Assembly: GCA_039934475.1 (NCBI GenBank)
Contig: JBDTMC010000001.1
Location: forward strand, 1-58,736
Length of the DNA stretch: 58,736 nt
Source: Bryobacteraceae bacterium
GTDB taxonomy: Bacteria > Acidobacteriota > Terriglobia > Bryobacterales > Bryobacteraceae
Reading direction: 5' to 3'
The notes below the pieces were generated by a model. That model had not been told where the DNA came from. It did no database searches and was given only the letters and a program-made list of their open reading frames with translations. Made by a program: the position numbers and the translations under genes. Shown here piece by piece: positions 37,575 through 47,867 of the stretch (position 1 is its first letter; each line of letters starts with the position of its first letter).

Positions 37575-39545
37575 ATGAGCACAGCCCTTGTACATCCACC
37601 CGGCGCGGCGTCGCCCAACGGTGGCACTCAGATCGCGGTTTGCGTTGAGAACCTCCGGAAGAACTATGGCTCGCTGGAGGCAGTCCGCGGCGTCTCGCTG
37701 GAAGTGAAAGAGGGCGAGATCTTTGGTCTCATCGGACCCGACGGCGCTGGCAAGACCACTACTTTCCAGATCCTCGGTGGAGTCATGGCTGCCACTTCCG
37801 GCATCGCCAATATCTACGGCAAACCGTCGCGCGATGCCCGCGCTCTGGTCGGCTACCTCACGCAAGCCTTCAGCCTGTACCCTGACCTCACCGTCGCGGA
37901 GAACATCCGCTACGCCGGCGACCTTCGCCGCGTGCCCCGTGATGAGATCAAGCGGCGTGCCCAGCAGTACCTGTCGATGTTCGACATGGACCGCTTCGTG
38001 GATCGCCTGGCAGCCCGTCTCAGCGGCGGCATGAAGCAGAAGCTCTCCCTTGTCGCGGCACTCGTCGCACAGCCGCGCATCCTGCTGCTCGACGAACCCA
38101 CCACCGGTGTCGATCCTGTGTCACGCCGCGAATTCTGGGATACCCTCGCGCACCTCGCCTCAAGCGGCCTTACCATTGTCGTCGCCACCCCGTATCTGGA
38201 CGAAGCGGAGCGCTGCCATCGCGTCGCCCTCATGCACTTGGGACAGATTCACGAAACCGGAACGCCGGCCGAACTGCGCCGCGGCTTGGGCATGAAGCGC
38301 CTCGAACTACGCGCCGCCCATCTCGGCGAAGCAGAAGAGAAACTTACTCCCACCAGTGCCGCCAGTGAAATCGCCGACGTACAGCGCTTCGGCGACCGCC
38401 TCGACGTTCTGGTTCGGGACGTCGACCGCGGCCGCCAGGCCATTCAGAACCAGATTCCCGCGGAGGACATTCACGACATCCGTATCGGCGACCCTACGCT
38501 CGAAAATACCTTCGTCGCTACACTCCGGTCCCTCGGCCAGGAGCTGCACGCGCCTCCCTACCCGGGTACCCATTCCCATAGCGAACTGCGGGGACAAGTA
38601 GCCATCGATGCCCGTAATCTCACCAAACGCTTTGGCGATTTCACGGCCGTCAAATGCATCGATGTCCAAGTGAAGTACGGCGAGATCTACGGCTTGCTGG
38701 GAGCCAACGGCGCGGGCAAAACAACCGCCATCAAGATGCTCTGCGGTCTGCTGGAGCCGACGCAGGGGCAGATGACTCTCGCCGGTGAAAGTGGAAGCCT
38801 GCGCTCGCGCGATGTTCGCGAAGGCATCGGTTACATGTCGCAGAAGTTCTCTCTCTACGACGATCTGAGCATTGATGAGAACCTGGAATTCTTCGGCGGC
38901 GTCTATGGAGTGCCCCCTGAGGAACTCCAGGAAAAGAAGAAATGGGTGCTGGCCTTCTCCGGTCTCGAAGGTAAGCAGCAGATGATCACCGGAACGCTCC
39001 CCGGCGGTTGGAAGCAGCGCGTCGCGTTCGGCGCCGCCATCATGCACGAGCCGGGCGTTCTGTTCCTCGACGAACAGACCTCTGGCGTGGACCCTCTAGC
39101 CCGCCGCGCCTTCTGGCGGATGATTAACAAACTCGCCGACATGGGCACCGCTATTTTGGTCACCACTCACTATTTGGAAGAGGCCGAGCAGTGCAACCGC
39201 TTGGCCTTCATGGTGGCCGGAGAAATCGTCGCCCAGGGAACCCCCAGCGGCGTCAAGCAGCAGCAGGGCGGCCATCTGCTGGAGTTCATCGTCGATCAGC
39301 CTCAACTGGCCGCCGACACACTCAAGGAGACAATGGACCGCTGGCGCGTCTCGCTCTTCGGCTACCGTCTCCACGTCATCACCGACGACGATGCCGCGCC
39401 GGCCATCGCCGCCGTCACGGCACAACTACAGCAGGCCGGCGTCAATGTAGAGCACGTCACTGAGGAAACCTATTCGCTCGAGGACGTGTTCATCGCGGTG
39501 GTCGAGAAAGCCCGTGCCCGCGGGAAGTTTGCCCAGGAGGAATAA
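37575..39545 (+). CDS. fused double ABC ATPase (YbhF-like)
   Basis: Two Walker A motifs (GPDGAGKTT, GANGAGKTT), two LSGG signatures (LSGGMKQK, LPGGWKQR) and two Walker B motifs (LLLDEPT, LFLDEQT). Confidence 0.92.
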   Translation: MSTALVHPPGAASPNGGTQIAVCVENLRKNYGSLEAVRGVSLEVKEGEIFGLIGPDGAGKTTTFQILGGVMAATSGIANIYGKPSRDARALVGYLTQAFSLYPDLTVAENIRYAGDLRRVPRDEIKRRAQQYLSMFDMDRFVDRLAARLSGGMKQKLSLVAALVAQPRILLLDEPTTGVDPVSRREFWDTLAHLASSGLTIVVATPYLDEAERCHRVALMHLGQIHETGTPAELRRGLGMKRLELRAAHLGEAEEKLTPTSAASEIADVQRFGDRLDVLVRDVDRGRQAIQNQIPAEDIHDIRIGDPTLENTFVATLRSLGQELHAPPYPGTHSHSELRGQVAIDARNLTKRFGDFTAVKCIDVQVKYGEIYGLLGANGAGKTTAIKMLCGLLEPTQGQMTLAGESGSLRSRDVREGIGYMSQKFSLYDDLSIDENLEFFGGVYGVPPEELQEKKKWVLAFSGLEGKQQMITGTLPGGWKQRVAFGAAIMHEPGVLFLDEQTSGVDPLARRAFWRMINKLADMGTAILVTTHYLEEAEQCNRLAFMVAGEIVAQGTPSGVKQQQGGHLLEFIVDQPQLAADTLKETMDRWRVSLFGYRLHVITDDDAAPAIAAVTAQLQQAGVNVEHVTEETYSLEDVFIAVVEKARARGKFAQEE

Positions 39546-40654
39546 TGTTCCGCCGAATATTTGCCCAAGCCCGTAAGGAACTCACGCAGATCGTGCGCGA
39601 TGGCCTCGCCCTTGCCCTCGCCCTTGTTCTGCCGCTCTTTCTCCTGCTCCTGCTGAGTAACTGCATCTCACTCAGCGTCACTGATCTCCCGCTGATCGTT
39701 CAGGACTTCGATAACTCCGGTGCGTCCCGCGGTTACATCGACGCTTTTCGCGCGTCGGTCACGTTCCGCGTCATCTCCTGGCCAACGGATCGCGCGCCTG
39801 AGGAGGCCCTGCGGTCCAGCTACGCCCGCGGCGCGCTCATCATCCCAGAGCACTTTGGACGCGACATGGCCCGCGGTAGAACGTCCAATGTTCAACTCTT
39901 GATTGACGCCGCCGATGCTAATACGGCCAAGCTGATCGGCGGTGACGCCGCCCAGATCAACCGCGCCTTCGTCCAGCAGAACTCCGGCGCTGCCACCCCG
40001 AACATTGTCAACTCCCAGATTCGCCTTTGGTTCAATCCCGGACGGGTGTCGAATAAGTTCTATGCACCAGGCATCTTCGTCCTCGGCATCTCTATGTTCC
40101 CTCCCCTGCTCGCCTCACTGGCCATGGCCAAGGAGGGCGAACAGAAGACCATTCTGCAGGTCTACGTCTCTAGTATCTCGGCCCACGAATTCCTACTTGG
40201 GAAGATACTCGCGTTCGTCGTCATCGCGCTTGCTGAATGGCTCCTCTCGCTGACCGTGCTGCTCACCGTCTTCGGCCTGAAGATCGTGGGCGACCCCAGC
40301 GTGTTGATCGTCGCCACTCTTCTGTACGCCTTCTGCGTGGCTACGTTTGGCACCATGGTGGGGGCAGCCATACCGAATCAGGCGGCAGCCATACAAGCGG
40401 TGGCCCTTGGAGGGTTCCTGCTCGTCTTCCTGCTCTCAGGACTGATCTTCCCAATTGAGAACATCCCTGCCGGCTTGCGCTGGATCTCAAACATCGTCTG
40501 GGGCCGCTATTACATCGCCATCGTCCGCGACGCGCTGCTGCAAGGCGGCGGGTGGGCCGCCATGTGGTTCAACGTGCTGATGATCGCAGTGATCGGATCT
40601 GTCTTCTACACAATCGCCTGGAGTAACATGCGCCGGATGCAGGTGAAAGCATGA
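39545..40654 (+). CDS. ABC-2 type permease (YbhS/YbhR-like)
   Basis: Large periplasmic loop after TM1, then five C-terminal TMs. Its ATG overlaps the upstream TAA (sequence TAATG). Confidence 0.85.
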   Translation: MFRRIFAQARKELTQIVRDGLALALALVLPLFLLLLLSNCISLSVTDLPLIVQDFDNSGASRGYIDAFRASVTFRVISWPTDRAPEEALRSSYARGALIIPEHFGRDMARGRTSNVQLLIDAADANTAKLIGGDAAQINRAFVQQNSGAATPNIVNSQIRLWFNPGRVSNKFYAPGIFVLGISMFPPLLASLAMAKEGEQKTILQVYVSSISAHEFLLGKILAFVVIALAEWLLSLTVLLTVFGLKIVGDPSVLIVATLLYAFCVATFGTMVGAAIPNQAAAIQAVALGGFLLVFLLSGLIFPIENIPAGLRWISNIVWGRYYIAIVRDALLQGGGWAAMWFNVLMIAVIGSVFYTIAWSNMRRMQVKA

Positions 40655-41820
40655 CTTCCAACCTGGCCACTCCCAGTTTCTGGCGCCGTCTCCGCGTGCT
40701 CATCACCAAAGAGTTCAACCAGATCCGCCGCGACCGCCGTCTTGCCATCTCACTTATCGTGCCGCCCACGCTCCAACTCCTGCTGTTCGGATTCGCACTC
40801 GATTCCACGGTCTCCAACCTCCGCATCGGCGTCCTCGACGACAGCAAAACTCCCGAGAGCCGCGAGCTCATCGCCAACCTCACCGAAAGCAAAAGCTTCC
40901 GCCTCGGCGGCACCTACTTTGACGAACACACGCTGGAAAACGCCATCAGCCGCAGCGACATCGATGCGGGCGTCGTCATCCCTTACGACTTTGCCCGCGA
41001 CGTGCAGCGCGGCCGCCCTACCACCATTCAGTTCATCCTCAATGCCGTGAACGCAAACACCGCCTCCATCGCGCAAGGCTATGCCCAAGGCGTTATGGCA
41101 ACGTACAATCGCTCCCTGGCCGCGCACGGCATTCGTCCTCAAATCCGCACCGTCGCGGCGGACCCCAGCCGCAAGGGCTCGGTTGCGCTCACGCCTGCGT
41201 ATCTCTTTAATCCAGGCCTTATCAGCGCATGGTTCATAGTCACAGGCACGTTTGGGACACTCCTCGTCCTTAATGGATCCCTGGTGGCGTCCACGGCCAT
41301 GATCAAGGAGCGTGAGCGAGGCACGGTCGAACAACTGCTGATGACGCCCGCAGGCACCACGGAGATCATCGTCGCTAAGATCACGCCGTTGTTTGTCCTT
41401 CTCAACGGCATGGTCTTCCTCGCCCTCGCCCTCATCCGCGTCGTCTTCAATGTGCCCATCCGCGGCAGCATGCTGATGGTGTTCGGCGGAGCGTCACTCT
41501 GCCTCCTCTGCGGCATCGGCATCGGAACCTTCATCGCCACGTTCACACGTTCCGCGCAACAGGCACAGCTGCTCAGTTTCTTTGTCAACCCTCCTCTGGC
41601 GACACTATCTGGCGCACTCACGCCGGTGGAGGCCATGCCGAAATTTCTCCAACCACTCACCGTCCTTAACCCCATACGCCATTTCGGAATCATTACCCGG
41701 GGAGTGATGCTGAAGGGAAGCACGCCCGCCGAACTCTGGCCTAACTTTGCCGCGCTCATTGTCTTCGCAGTGATCCTGGTTGGACTCAGCGTCCTCAGGT
41801 TCCGCAAGCAACTCGGCTAA
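40651..41820 (+). CDS. ABC-2 type permease (YbhS/YbhR-like), second copy
   Basis: Same architecture, with a 4-nt overlap with the preceding gene. Confidence 0.85.
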   Translation: MTSNLATPSFWRRLRVLITKEFNQIRRDRRLAISLIVPPTLQLLLFGFALDSTVSNLRIGVLDDSKTPESRELIANLTESKSFRLGGTYFDEHTLENAISRSDIDAGVVIPYDFARDVQRGRPTTIQFILNAVNANTASIAQGYAQGVMATYNRSLAAHGIRPQIRTVAADPSRKGSVALTPAYLFNPGLISAWFIVTGTFGTLLVLNGSLVASTAMIKERERGTVEQLLMTPAGTTEIIVAKITPLFVLLNGMVFLALALIRVVFNVPIRGSMLMVFGGASLCLLCGIGIGTFIATFTRSAQQAQLLSFFVNPPLATLSGALTPVEAMPKFLQPLTVLNPIRHFGIITRGVMLKGSTPAELWPNFAALIVFAVILVGLSVLRFRKQLG

Positions 41821-41844
41821 TCACGATTCGGAGATGAACAAGAT

Positions 41845-43359
41845 ATGAACTTCACACTCAACCATCTCGTGACAGGCGTTTGTGCCGTTCTGTCAGCAGG
41901 CGCCCTGGTGGCGCAGCAGAGCTCGTCCGGATCCGGCGCGCAGGCCGCACAGCTCAGCCTCTCCGGGCGCGCAGGCCAGAGCGGTTCCGTCACCGCGCAA
42001 CAGTCCCCCGTCCCCGGCGCGACGCAAAGCGTCAATACGCTGAACGCCACTGTCTCGGTGCAGGGACCCTTCGGACAGAGCATGCTCTCAGACAAACCGC
42101 TGCAAGGAAAACTGTCCCTTCGCGACGCACTCCAACGCGGCCTCGAATACAACCTCGGCGCGGTGGGCCTCAACAACAGCGCGTCCCAGGCCCATGCCCA
42201 GGTCCGCCTGGCCCGCAGTCCCCTGATGCCGAATTTCAGCGGGGCGCTGCGCGAAGTCGTTCAACAGAACAACCTCGCCGCCCAGGGCCTGCGCGTGCCT
42301 TTCATTCCCTCGGTTGTCGGCCCTTATAACTACTTCGACCTGCGGGCTACCCTCAACCAAACTGTCGCCGACCTCACCGCACTGAACAACTACCGCTCTT
42401 CCCAGGAGAACTTTCGCGCCGCTCAGATGGCAGCCAAAGACGCCCGCGATCTCGTCGGCCTCGCCGTCGGCGGAGCCTACCTGCTGGTCATCTCCGCCCA
42501 AGCTCGCGTTGACTCCGCCAAAGTACAACTGGAAACCGCCAAGGCGCTCTACGAACAAGTCCGCCAGCGGCGCGAAGCCGGCCTCAACGCTCAAATCGAC
42601 GCCAACCGCAGCCTGGTTCAGTTCCAAACGCAACAGCAGCGGCTAACCACCACGCAAAACGATCTCGCCAAGCAGAAGATCAACCTTTGCCGCATCATTG
42701 GCCTCTCACCCGACCCCGCTTTGCAACTGGCCGATAACATCACTTACTCTCCCGCGCCCGTCCTCACTTATGACGAAGCGCTGAAGACAGCCCTCGACAA
42801 CCGCGCCGATCTGAAATCTGCCGAGGCCGCCGCCCGCGCCGCTGAGCGCGTTGTCGGCGCAGCCAAGGCTGAACGTCTCCCCTCGCTCGCCGTCTCCGCC
42901 GACTACGGCGCCATTGGAGTCAACCCATCTCAATCGCATGGCACATTCAATCTCACGGGTTCGCTCCGCATCCCCATCTGGCAGGGCGGCAAAACCGAAG
43001 GCGACATTGAGTTGGCGCAGGCCACACTCGCCCAGCGCCGTGCCGAACTCAGCGAAATCCGCGGTCGCATTCAAAGTGATCTGAAAGATGCCTACCTCGA
43101 CTTGGAATCTGCCGCCAGCCAACTTCAGCTAGCGGAGAGCAACCAGAAGGTGTCACGCCAGAACCTCGACCTTACCCGTCAGCGCCTGGAGGCGGGCATC
43201 GCCGATTCCGTAGAGGTCACCCAGGCGCAGGAGACCACCGCCACCGCCGACCTCGACTACATCACCAGCCTCCTGTCGCACAATCTCGCTAAGCTATCTG
43301 TAGCCCGCGCGCTGGGCAACGTTGAAACTCGGATCACCACGTACCTCGCCATTCCCTAG
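41845..43359 (+). CDS. TolC-family outer membrane channel
   Basis: Signal peptide plus two OEP repeats (..LSLRDALQRGLEYNL.., ..YDEALKTALDNRADLKSAEA..). Confidence 0.88.
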   Translation: MNFTLNHLVTGVCAVLSAGALVAQQSSSGSGAQAAQLSLSGRAGQSGSVTAQQSPVPGATQSVNTLNATVSVQGPFGQSMLSDKPLQGKLSLRDALQRGLEYNLGAVGLNNSASQAHAQVRLARSPLMPNFSGALREVVQQNNLAAQGLRVPFIPSVVGPYNYFDLRATLNQTVADLTALNNYRSSQENFRAAQMAAKDARDLVGLAVGGAYLLVISAQARVDSAKVQLETAKALYEQVRQRREAGLNAQIDANRSLVQFQTQQQRLTTTQNDLAKQKINLCRIIGLSPDPALQLADNITYSPAPVLTYDEALKTALDNRADLKSAEAAARAAERVVGAAKAERLPSLAVSADYGAIGVNPSQSHGTFNLTGSLRIPIWQGGKTEGDIELAQATLAQRRAELSEIRGRIQSDLKDAYLDLESAASQLQLAESNQKVSRQNLDLTRQRLEAGIADSVEVTQAQETTATADLDYITSLLSHNLAKLSVARALGNVETRITTYLAIP

Positions 43360-43368
43360 AAACAGCCA

Positions 43369-44829
43369 ATGACTAACAACAACTTTGATCTGGCCGCGTC
43401 AGCCAGCCAGGAGATGATCAACGAGGGGTTCCAACCCGATTTTCCTCCCGGCGTCGAGGAACAGTTGGCGGCCATCCGTTCCCAGGCGGCACAACCCGTC
43501 AACGGAGCCGTGCGCGACCTGCGGTCCCTGCTCTGGTCTTCCATCGACAACGACACCTCCCGCGACCTGGATCAAATTGAAGTGGCCGAACGCGTGCCCG
43601 GCGGCATTCAACTGAGAATCGCCATCGCCGACGTCGATTCCGATGTCGCCATAGGAACCCCCATCGATCAGCACGCCGCCGAACAAACCACGTCGGTCTA
43701 CACCGGCATCAAAACTTTTCCAATGCTGCCGGAAGAGCTGTCCACAGACCTTACTTCGCTCAACCAGGACACTGACCGGATGGCGGTGGTTGTGGATTTA
43801 GTGGTCGGTCCTGATGGTGCGGTTTCGTCCAGTGGGATCTATCGCGCTCTGGTCCGCAATCAGGCGCAATTGACTTACAACGGTGTCGGGCCGTGGCTTG
43901 AAGGCAAAGCAGCGCCGCCGCCCAAGGTGGCAGCGTCCCCCGCTCTTGCGGCACAGTTACACCTTCAGGACGAAGCGGCGCAAATCCTGCTCGAGGAGCG
44001 GCACAGGATGGGAGCGCTGAACATCGACCGCGTCGAGGCCGAGGCCGTGCTCTCAGATGGTAAGGTGCAGAGCATCAATACGCGGCAAAAGAACCGCGCC
44101 AGTGAACTGATCGAGAATTTCATGGTGGCCGCCAACGGAGTGATGGCACGTACGCTAACGGAGGCCGGCGTCTCTTCCATCCGCCGGATCGTACGGACTC
44201 CTGAACGCTGGCCGCGTATCGTCGAACTCGCCGCGCAGTTGGGCGCAAAGCTCCCTGCCGAGCCCGATTCCAAGGCGCTCAGTGAGTTCTTGTCACAACG
44301 AAAGGCGGCCGACCCGGTTCACTACGCCGACCTTTCCCTGGCCGTGGTGAAGTTGATGGGTCCCGGCGAGTACGTTCTCGCGAAGCCTGGAGGCGATCAG
44401 CCCGGTCACTTCGCACTCGCCGCCCATGATTACACGCACTCCACGGCCCCCAACCGTCGCTTCGCCGATACCGTCACGCAGCGTCTCATCAAAGCCGTGA
44501 TCGCCCACCAGCCCGCGCCTTATTCCGATCAGCAACTAGATTCAATCGCGAAAAACTGCACGCTGAAAGAAAATGCCGCACGCAAGGTGGAGCGCATCAT
44601 GAACAAGCGCATGGCCGCAGTGGCCCTGCGCCCGCGCATCGGCGATACTTTCGCCGCCGTGGTAACGGGCGTCACGCCGAAGGGCGTCTTCGTGCGTGTC
44701 CTCAATCCGCCCGCCGAAGGATTGCTCACGGCAGGGCAACAAGGCGTCGACGTAGGCGACCAGTTGCGCGTGAAGCTAGTGAGTACCGATCCCGTGCGCG
44801 GATACATCGATTTCGCACGGACGCATTAA
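43369..44829 (+). CDS. RNB-domain exoribonuclease (RNase II/R family) with C-terminal S1-like domain
   Basis: ..DNDTSRDLDQIEVAE..IAIADV..TSVYTGIKTFPMLPEELS..LSL.. are RNB motifs. The C-terminus FAAVVTGVTPKGVFVRV is S1-like. Confidence 0.8.
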   Translation: MTNNNFDLAASASQEMINEGFQPDFPPGVEEQLAAIRSQAAQPVNGAVRDLRSLLWSSIDNDTSRDLDQIEVAERVPGGIQLRIAIADVDSDVAIGTPIDQHAAEQTTSVYTGIKTFPMLPEELSTDLTSLNQDTDRMAVVVDLVVGPDGAVSSSGIYRALVRNQAQLTYNGVGPWLEGKAAPPPKVAASPALAAQLHLQDEAAQILLEERHRMGALNIDRVEAEAVLSDGKVQSINTRQKNRASELIENFMVAANGVMARTLTEAGVSSIRRIVRTPERWPRIVELAAQLGAKLPAEPDSKALSEFLSQRKAADPVHYADLSLAVVKLMGPGEYVLAKPGGDQPGHFALAAHDYTHSTAPNRRFADTVTQRLIKAVIAHQPAPYSDQQLDSIAKNCTLKENAARKVERIMNKRMAAVALRPRIGDTFAAVVTGVTPKGVFVRVLNPPAEGLLTAGQQGVDVGDQLRVKLVSTDPVRGYIDFARTH

Positions 44830-46427
44830 GGCGTTGCGCAGGCGAAGCTCGACGCTTCATTCGCGTCGCCCTTGCCGTCATACCGCGACACCTGTGGATA
44901 GGGGCACAGCGGGCGCGTCAGCTTCTTTGAAGGCTCGACACTCGACTTACCCGTTCCAATTAGCCGTTCCGGCGCGACACCCTTCTCTACCCACTGGTCC
45001 AGAGCGGTCAACACATCGTGCTCGGCATCGCTTTGCGGCGGTGCTCCGATGTTCCCGAAGTTATTCGGCCCATAGCCGCCGCCACAATGACCCATACCCG
45101 GAACCATGAACAAGCGATAGAAGTCCTGGATCGGCCGGGAAGCGTCTGTCCGTCCGTCCGGATACTTCGCCAAAAACGTGCGCACCTTCTCGTAGTAGTT
45201 GATCGAACTAAGCGGCGCAATGGCCGCGTCGCCCCAACCGTGATACTGAATCAGCTTGCCGCCATGCGCCCGGAACGACCGCAAATCGGGATTGATCGAA
45301 TTGATCACTGCCCCGCCCTTTTCGTGACCCAAGGCCGCATCCCGCTCCATATCAAACGTGCGGAAATTCCACTTCGGATCTTCTAACACCGCCTGCCCAT
45401 AAAACGTATTGCCGAACATGAATTGAATCGCCTTGTCCGGCTCGGCAGCCACAATCCACCCTGGCCACGAGCCCGGCGCGGCTTCCGTACCCGGCGCGTA
45501 TCCTGGGAAAATCTGCTCGCCCGTCCGTGGATTCTTCGGTCCCGCGTAGATCTTCTTCAAGGAAGCCACTTGCTGCGCGGTGAGACAATCCGGGCCCTCC
45601 GCATCCTTGCAAGTGAGAACCGACGGATCGAAATGGCACGTCCGCGGATCTTCGATCAACCCATCTTTAACGCCGTCCAATGTGTCGCAAGCCGTCAGTG
45701 ACGCCTTCTCAATCAACGGGAGTTTCGCCGCGGGAATCGCGCTGCCCGGTTCGGTGAGCAACGCCAGTTCATTCCACAGGAAGCCGGCAAACAAATGCGA
45801 CCAGTCGTTCGCCGGCGCCCCGGCAACAATCCCATCGAAGTCTTCCGGGTACCGCTGCGCCTCCGCCAACGCCTCGCGCCCGCCATCGGAACAGCCAAAG
45901 AAGTAACTGCGTGCCGCTTCCTTGCTGTAGTAGGCCGCGATGATCGCCTTCGATTGCACGTTGGTCTGATGGAGCGCGCGGTAGCCGAAGTCGATCAGTT
46001 TCTCCGGATGTCCAATCGCCCAGGCCGCGCCCGCGCCACCCGCATGGCCGTCATCTGTACCCGCCGCCGCATATCCCCTCTGCACTCCGTAAGCGATGGA
46101 TTGCACGGGAATCGCCCCCGCCCAGCCGCCATTGCCCACCTGTTCGTACTTCCCGTTCCAACCATGCACGGGCATCCACAATTCGAACTTAATCTCTGAG
46201 TCACTGGTGGGCCGGGCCACGGCTTTCACCACGCAGCGCGGCGGCACAGTCATCGCCGGCGCGCCCTGACCTGCCGGCACTGTGCCCTCCACAACCGCCG
46301 CCGACGCAATCGTCGTGTGCGACAGCTTCAACTCCATCAGCTTCCCGCACGCGTCCTGCCCCGCCGCGGCCGGAACCCACAATCCCGCGCACACGGCTGC
46401 CCATACCAACTTCATTCTCATGTTCAT
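44826..46427 (-). CDS. tannase/feruloyl esterase-family hydrolase
   Basis: ..SYFFGCSDGGREALAEAQRYPEDFDGIVAGAPA.. after a signal peptide. 533 aa. Confidence 0.88.
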   Translation of the reverse strand: MNMRMKLVWAAVCAGLWVPAAAGQDACGKLMELKLSHTTIASAAVVEGTVPAGQGAPAMTVPPRCVVKAVARPTSDSEIKFELWMPVHGWNGKYEQVGNGGWAGAIPVQSIAYGVQRGYAAAGTDDGHAGGAGAAWAIGHPEKLIDFGYRALHQTNVQSKAIIAAYYSKEAARSYFFGCSDGGREALAEAQRYPEDFDGIVAGAPANDWSHLFAGFLWNELALLTEPGSAIPAAKLPLIEKASLTACDTLDGVKDGLIEDPRTCHFDPSVLTCKDAEGPDCLTAQQVASLKKIYAGPKNPRTGEQIFPGYAPGTEAAPGSWPGWIVAAEPDKAIQFMFGNTFYGQAVLEDPKWNFRTFDMERDAALGHEKGGAVINSINPDLRSFRAHGGKLIQYHGWGDAAIAPLSSINYYEKVRTFLAKYPDGRTDASRPIQDFYRLFMVPGMGHCGGGYGPNNFGNIGAPPQSDAEHDVLTALDQWVEKGVAPERLIGTGKSSVEPSKKLTRPLCPYPQVSRYDGKGDANEASSFACATP

Positions 46428-46440
46428 GCCGAACCCTCGC

Positions 46441-46458
46441 GTGTATACTAACGCAGAA
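46441..46458. repeat. 18-nt motif GTGTATACTAACGCAGAA (copy a), directly upstream of the tannase start
   Basis: 17/18 identical to 47831-47848. Contains the GTATAC palindrome and a TATACT/TAGTAT -10-like hexamer on each strand. Confidence 0.7.
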
Positions 46459-46488
46459 CTCGATCCTCCGCTCTTGCATCGGTTGAAA

Positions 46489-47778
46489 CTAGTTCCACGT
46501 CGCGAACATGGCGACGCTGGCGCCCGTCATCACTACCACCGTCGTCCATCCCAGCCACTTCAGCCAAGGCGCATTCACACGGCTTCCCATCACCTTGCGA
46601 TTGCTGGTCAGCAGCAGCACAATCACAATCAATGGAGGCGCCAATACTCCGTTCAACACTGCCGACCAGAACAACATCGCCACGGCGTTTATGCCGGCAT
46701 AATCCAGGCCCAGCCCGAGCAGCAAACCCACCGCGATCACGCCGTAAAACTGCGGCGCGCGGTTCGGCTGGTCCGCCAGTGACCCCTTCCACACCGCCGC
46801 CTCGGAGACCGCATACGCGCTGGACCCTGCCAGCACCGGCACCCCCAGCATCCCCGCGCCGATCAAACCCACGCTAAACAGCCAGTACGCTCCCGCCCCG
46901 GCCATTGGACGGAGCGCCTCCGCCGCATCCTGAGCCGTGGAAATTTCCGTCTTGCCATGCGCATGCAAAGTCGCCGCCGTCGTCAGAATGATGAAATACA
47001 TGATGAGGTTCGAAAACAACATCCCCGCGATGACATCGTTCCGCGACTTGCGCAACTCGGCTTTGGTCGCGCCCTTCCGCGACTCCACAGTCAATTCGCC
47101 CTGTTCAATCTCCTCCTCCACTTCTTCCGAAGCCTGCCAGAAGAATAGGTAGGGCGAAATCGTAGTCCCGAAAATTCCCACCAGCGTCGCCCAATATCGT
47201 CCTGTCCACTCCACGTGTGGAACCACCGTCGCGTGAAGGACGGCTGCCCAATCCGGCTTGGCCATGAAAGCCGCCACTACGTAGGCGAACAACACCAGTG
47301 TCAGCCATTTGAAAATGCGGGCGAGCTTCTTATAGGAAGACCAGATCAGAAACGATCCGATCAACAGAGCGTAGACCGGAGTCCAGTACATGCTACCGAT
47401 CCCCGTCACCATTTCCGTCACCTTCGCCATGCCGCCAAGATCGGCGCCAATATTTACGGTGTTCGCCGTCACCAGCAGAGCGCATGCCGCCCAGAGCACC
47501 CAGCGGGGGTAGTTTTGCTTGATCACCGCGGCCAGCCCCTGGCCTGTCACCATGCCCAGCCGGGCGCACATCATCTGAACCGCCGTCATCAGAGGGAATG
47601 AGAACAGCGCAGTCCACAGGGGCGCGTACCCAAACGCCGCGCCCGTCACGGAATAAGTGGAAACTCCCGATGGATCGTCGTCCGCGGCCCCCGTTATCAG
47701 GCCCGGCCCGAGGCTTCCGAAAAAGCTCCCGAACCGGTTCCGCCGGACGCCATGTTTCTTCTTTGCCTTGATTGCCAA
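46489..47778 (-). CDS. NRAMP-family divalent metal transporter
   Basis: ..GPGLITGAADDDPSGVSTYS..PLMTAVQMMCARLGMVTG.. I prefer the TTG start at 47778, 9 nt after AGGAGG. The ORF-track start at 47862 would place the 18-nt promoter-like motif inside the coding region. Confidence 0.85.
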   Translation of the reverse strand: MAIKAKKKHGVRRNRFGSFFGSLGPGLITGAADDDPSGVSTYSVTGAAFGYAPLWTALFSFPLMTAVQMMCARLGMVTGQGLAAVIKQNYPRWVLWAACALLVTANTVNIGADLGGMAKVTEMVTGIGSMYWTPVYALLIGSFLIWSSYKKLARIFKWLTLVLFAYVVAAFMAKPDWAAVLHATVVPHVEWTGRYWATLVGIFGTTISPYLFFWQASEEVEEEIEQGELTVESRKGATKAELRKSRNDVIAGMLFSNLIMYFIILTTAATLHAHGKTEISTAQDAAEALRPMAGAGAYWLFSVGLIGAGMLGVPVLAGSSAYAVSEAAVWKGSLADQPNRAPQFYGVIAVGLLLGLGLDYAGINAVAMLFWSAVLNGVLAPPLIVIVLLLTSNRKVMGSRVNAPWLKWLGWTTVVVMTGASVAMFATWN

Positions 47779-47830
47779 ACGCGCCCCCCTCCTGATGTCC
47801 TTGCACGAGACGTACCAACCTCGTCGCCGG

Positions 47831-47848
47831 GTGTATACTAGCGCAGAA
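47831..47848. repeat. 18-nt motif GTGTATACTAGCGCAGAA (copy b), in the NRAMP / PSCyt divergent region
   Basis: See copy a. The TATACT hexamer ends 28 nt upstream of the 47868 ATG. Confidence 0.7.
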
Positions 47849-47867
47849 ACGGAGGGGACCACCTGGG

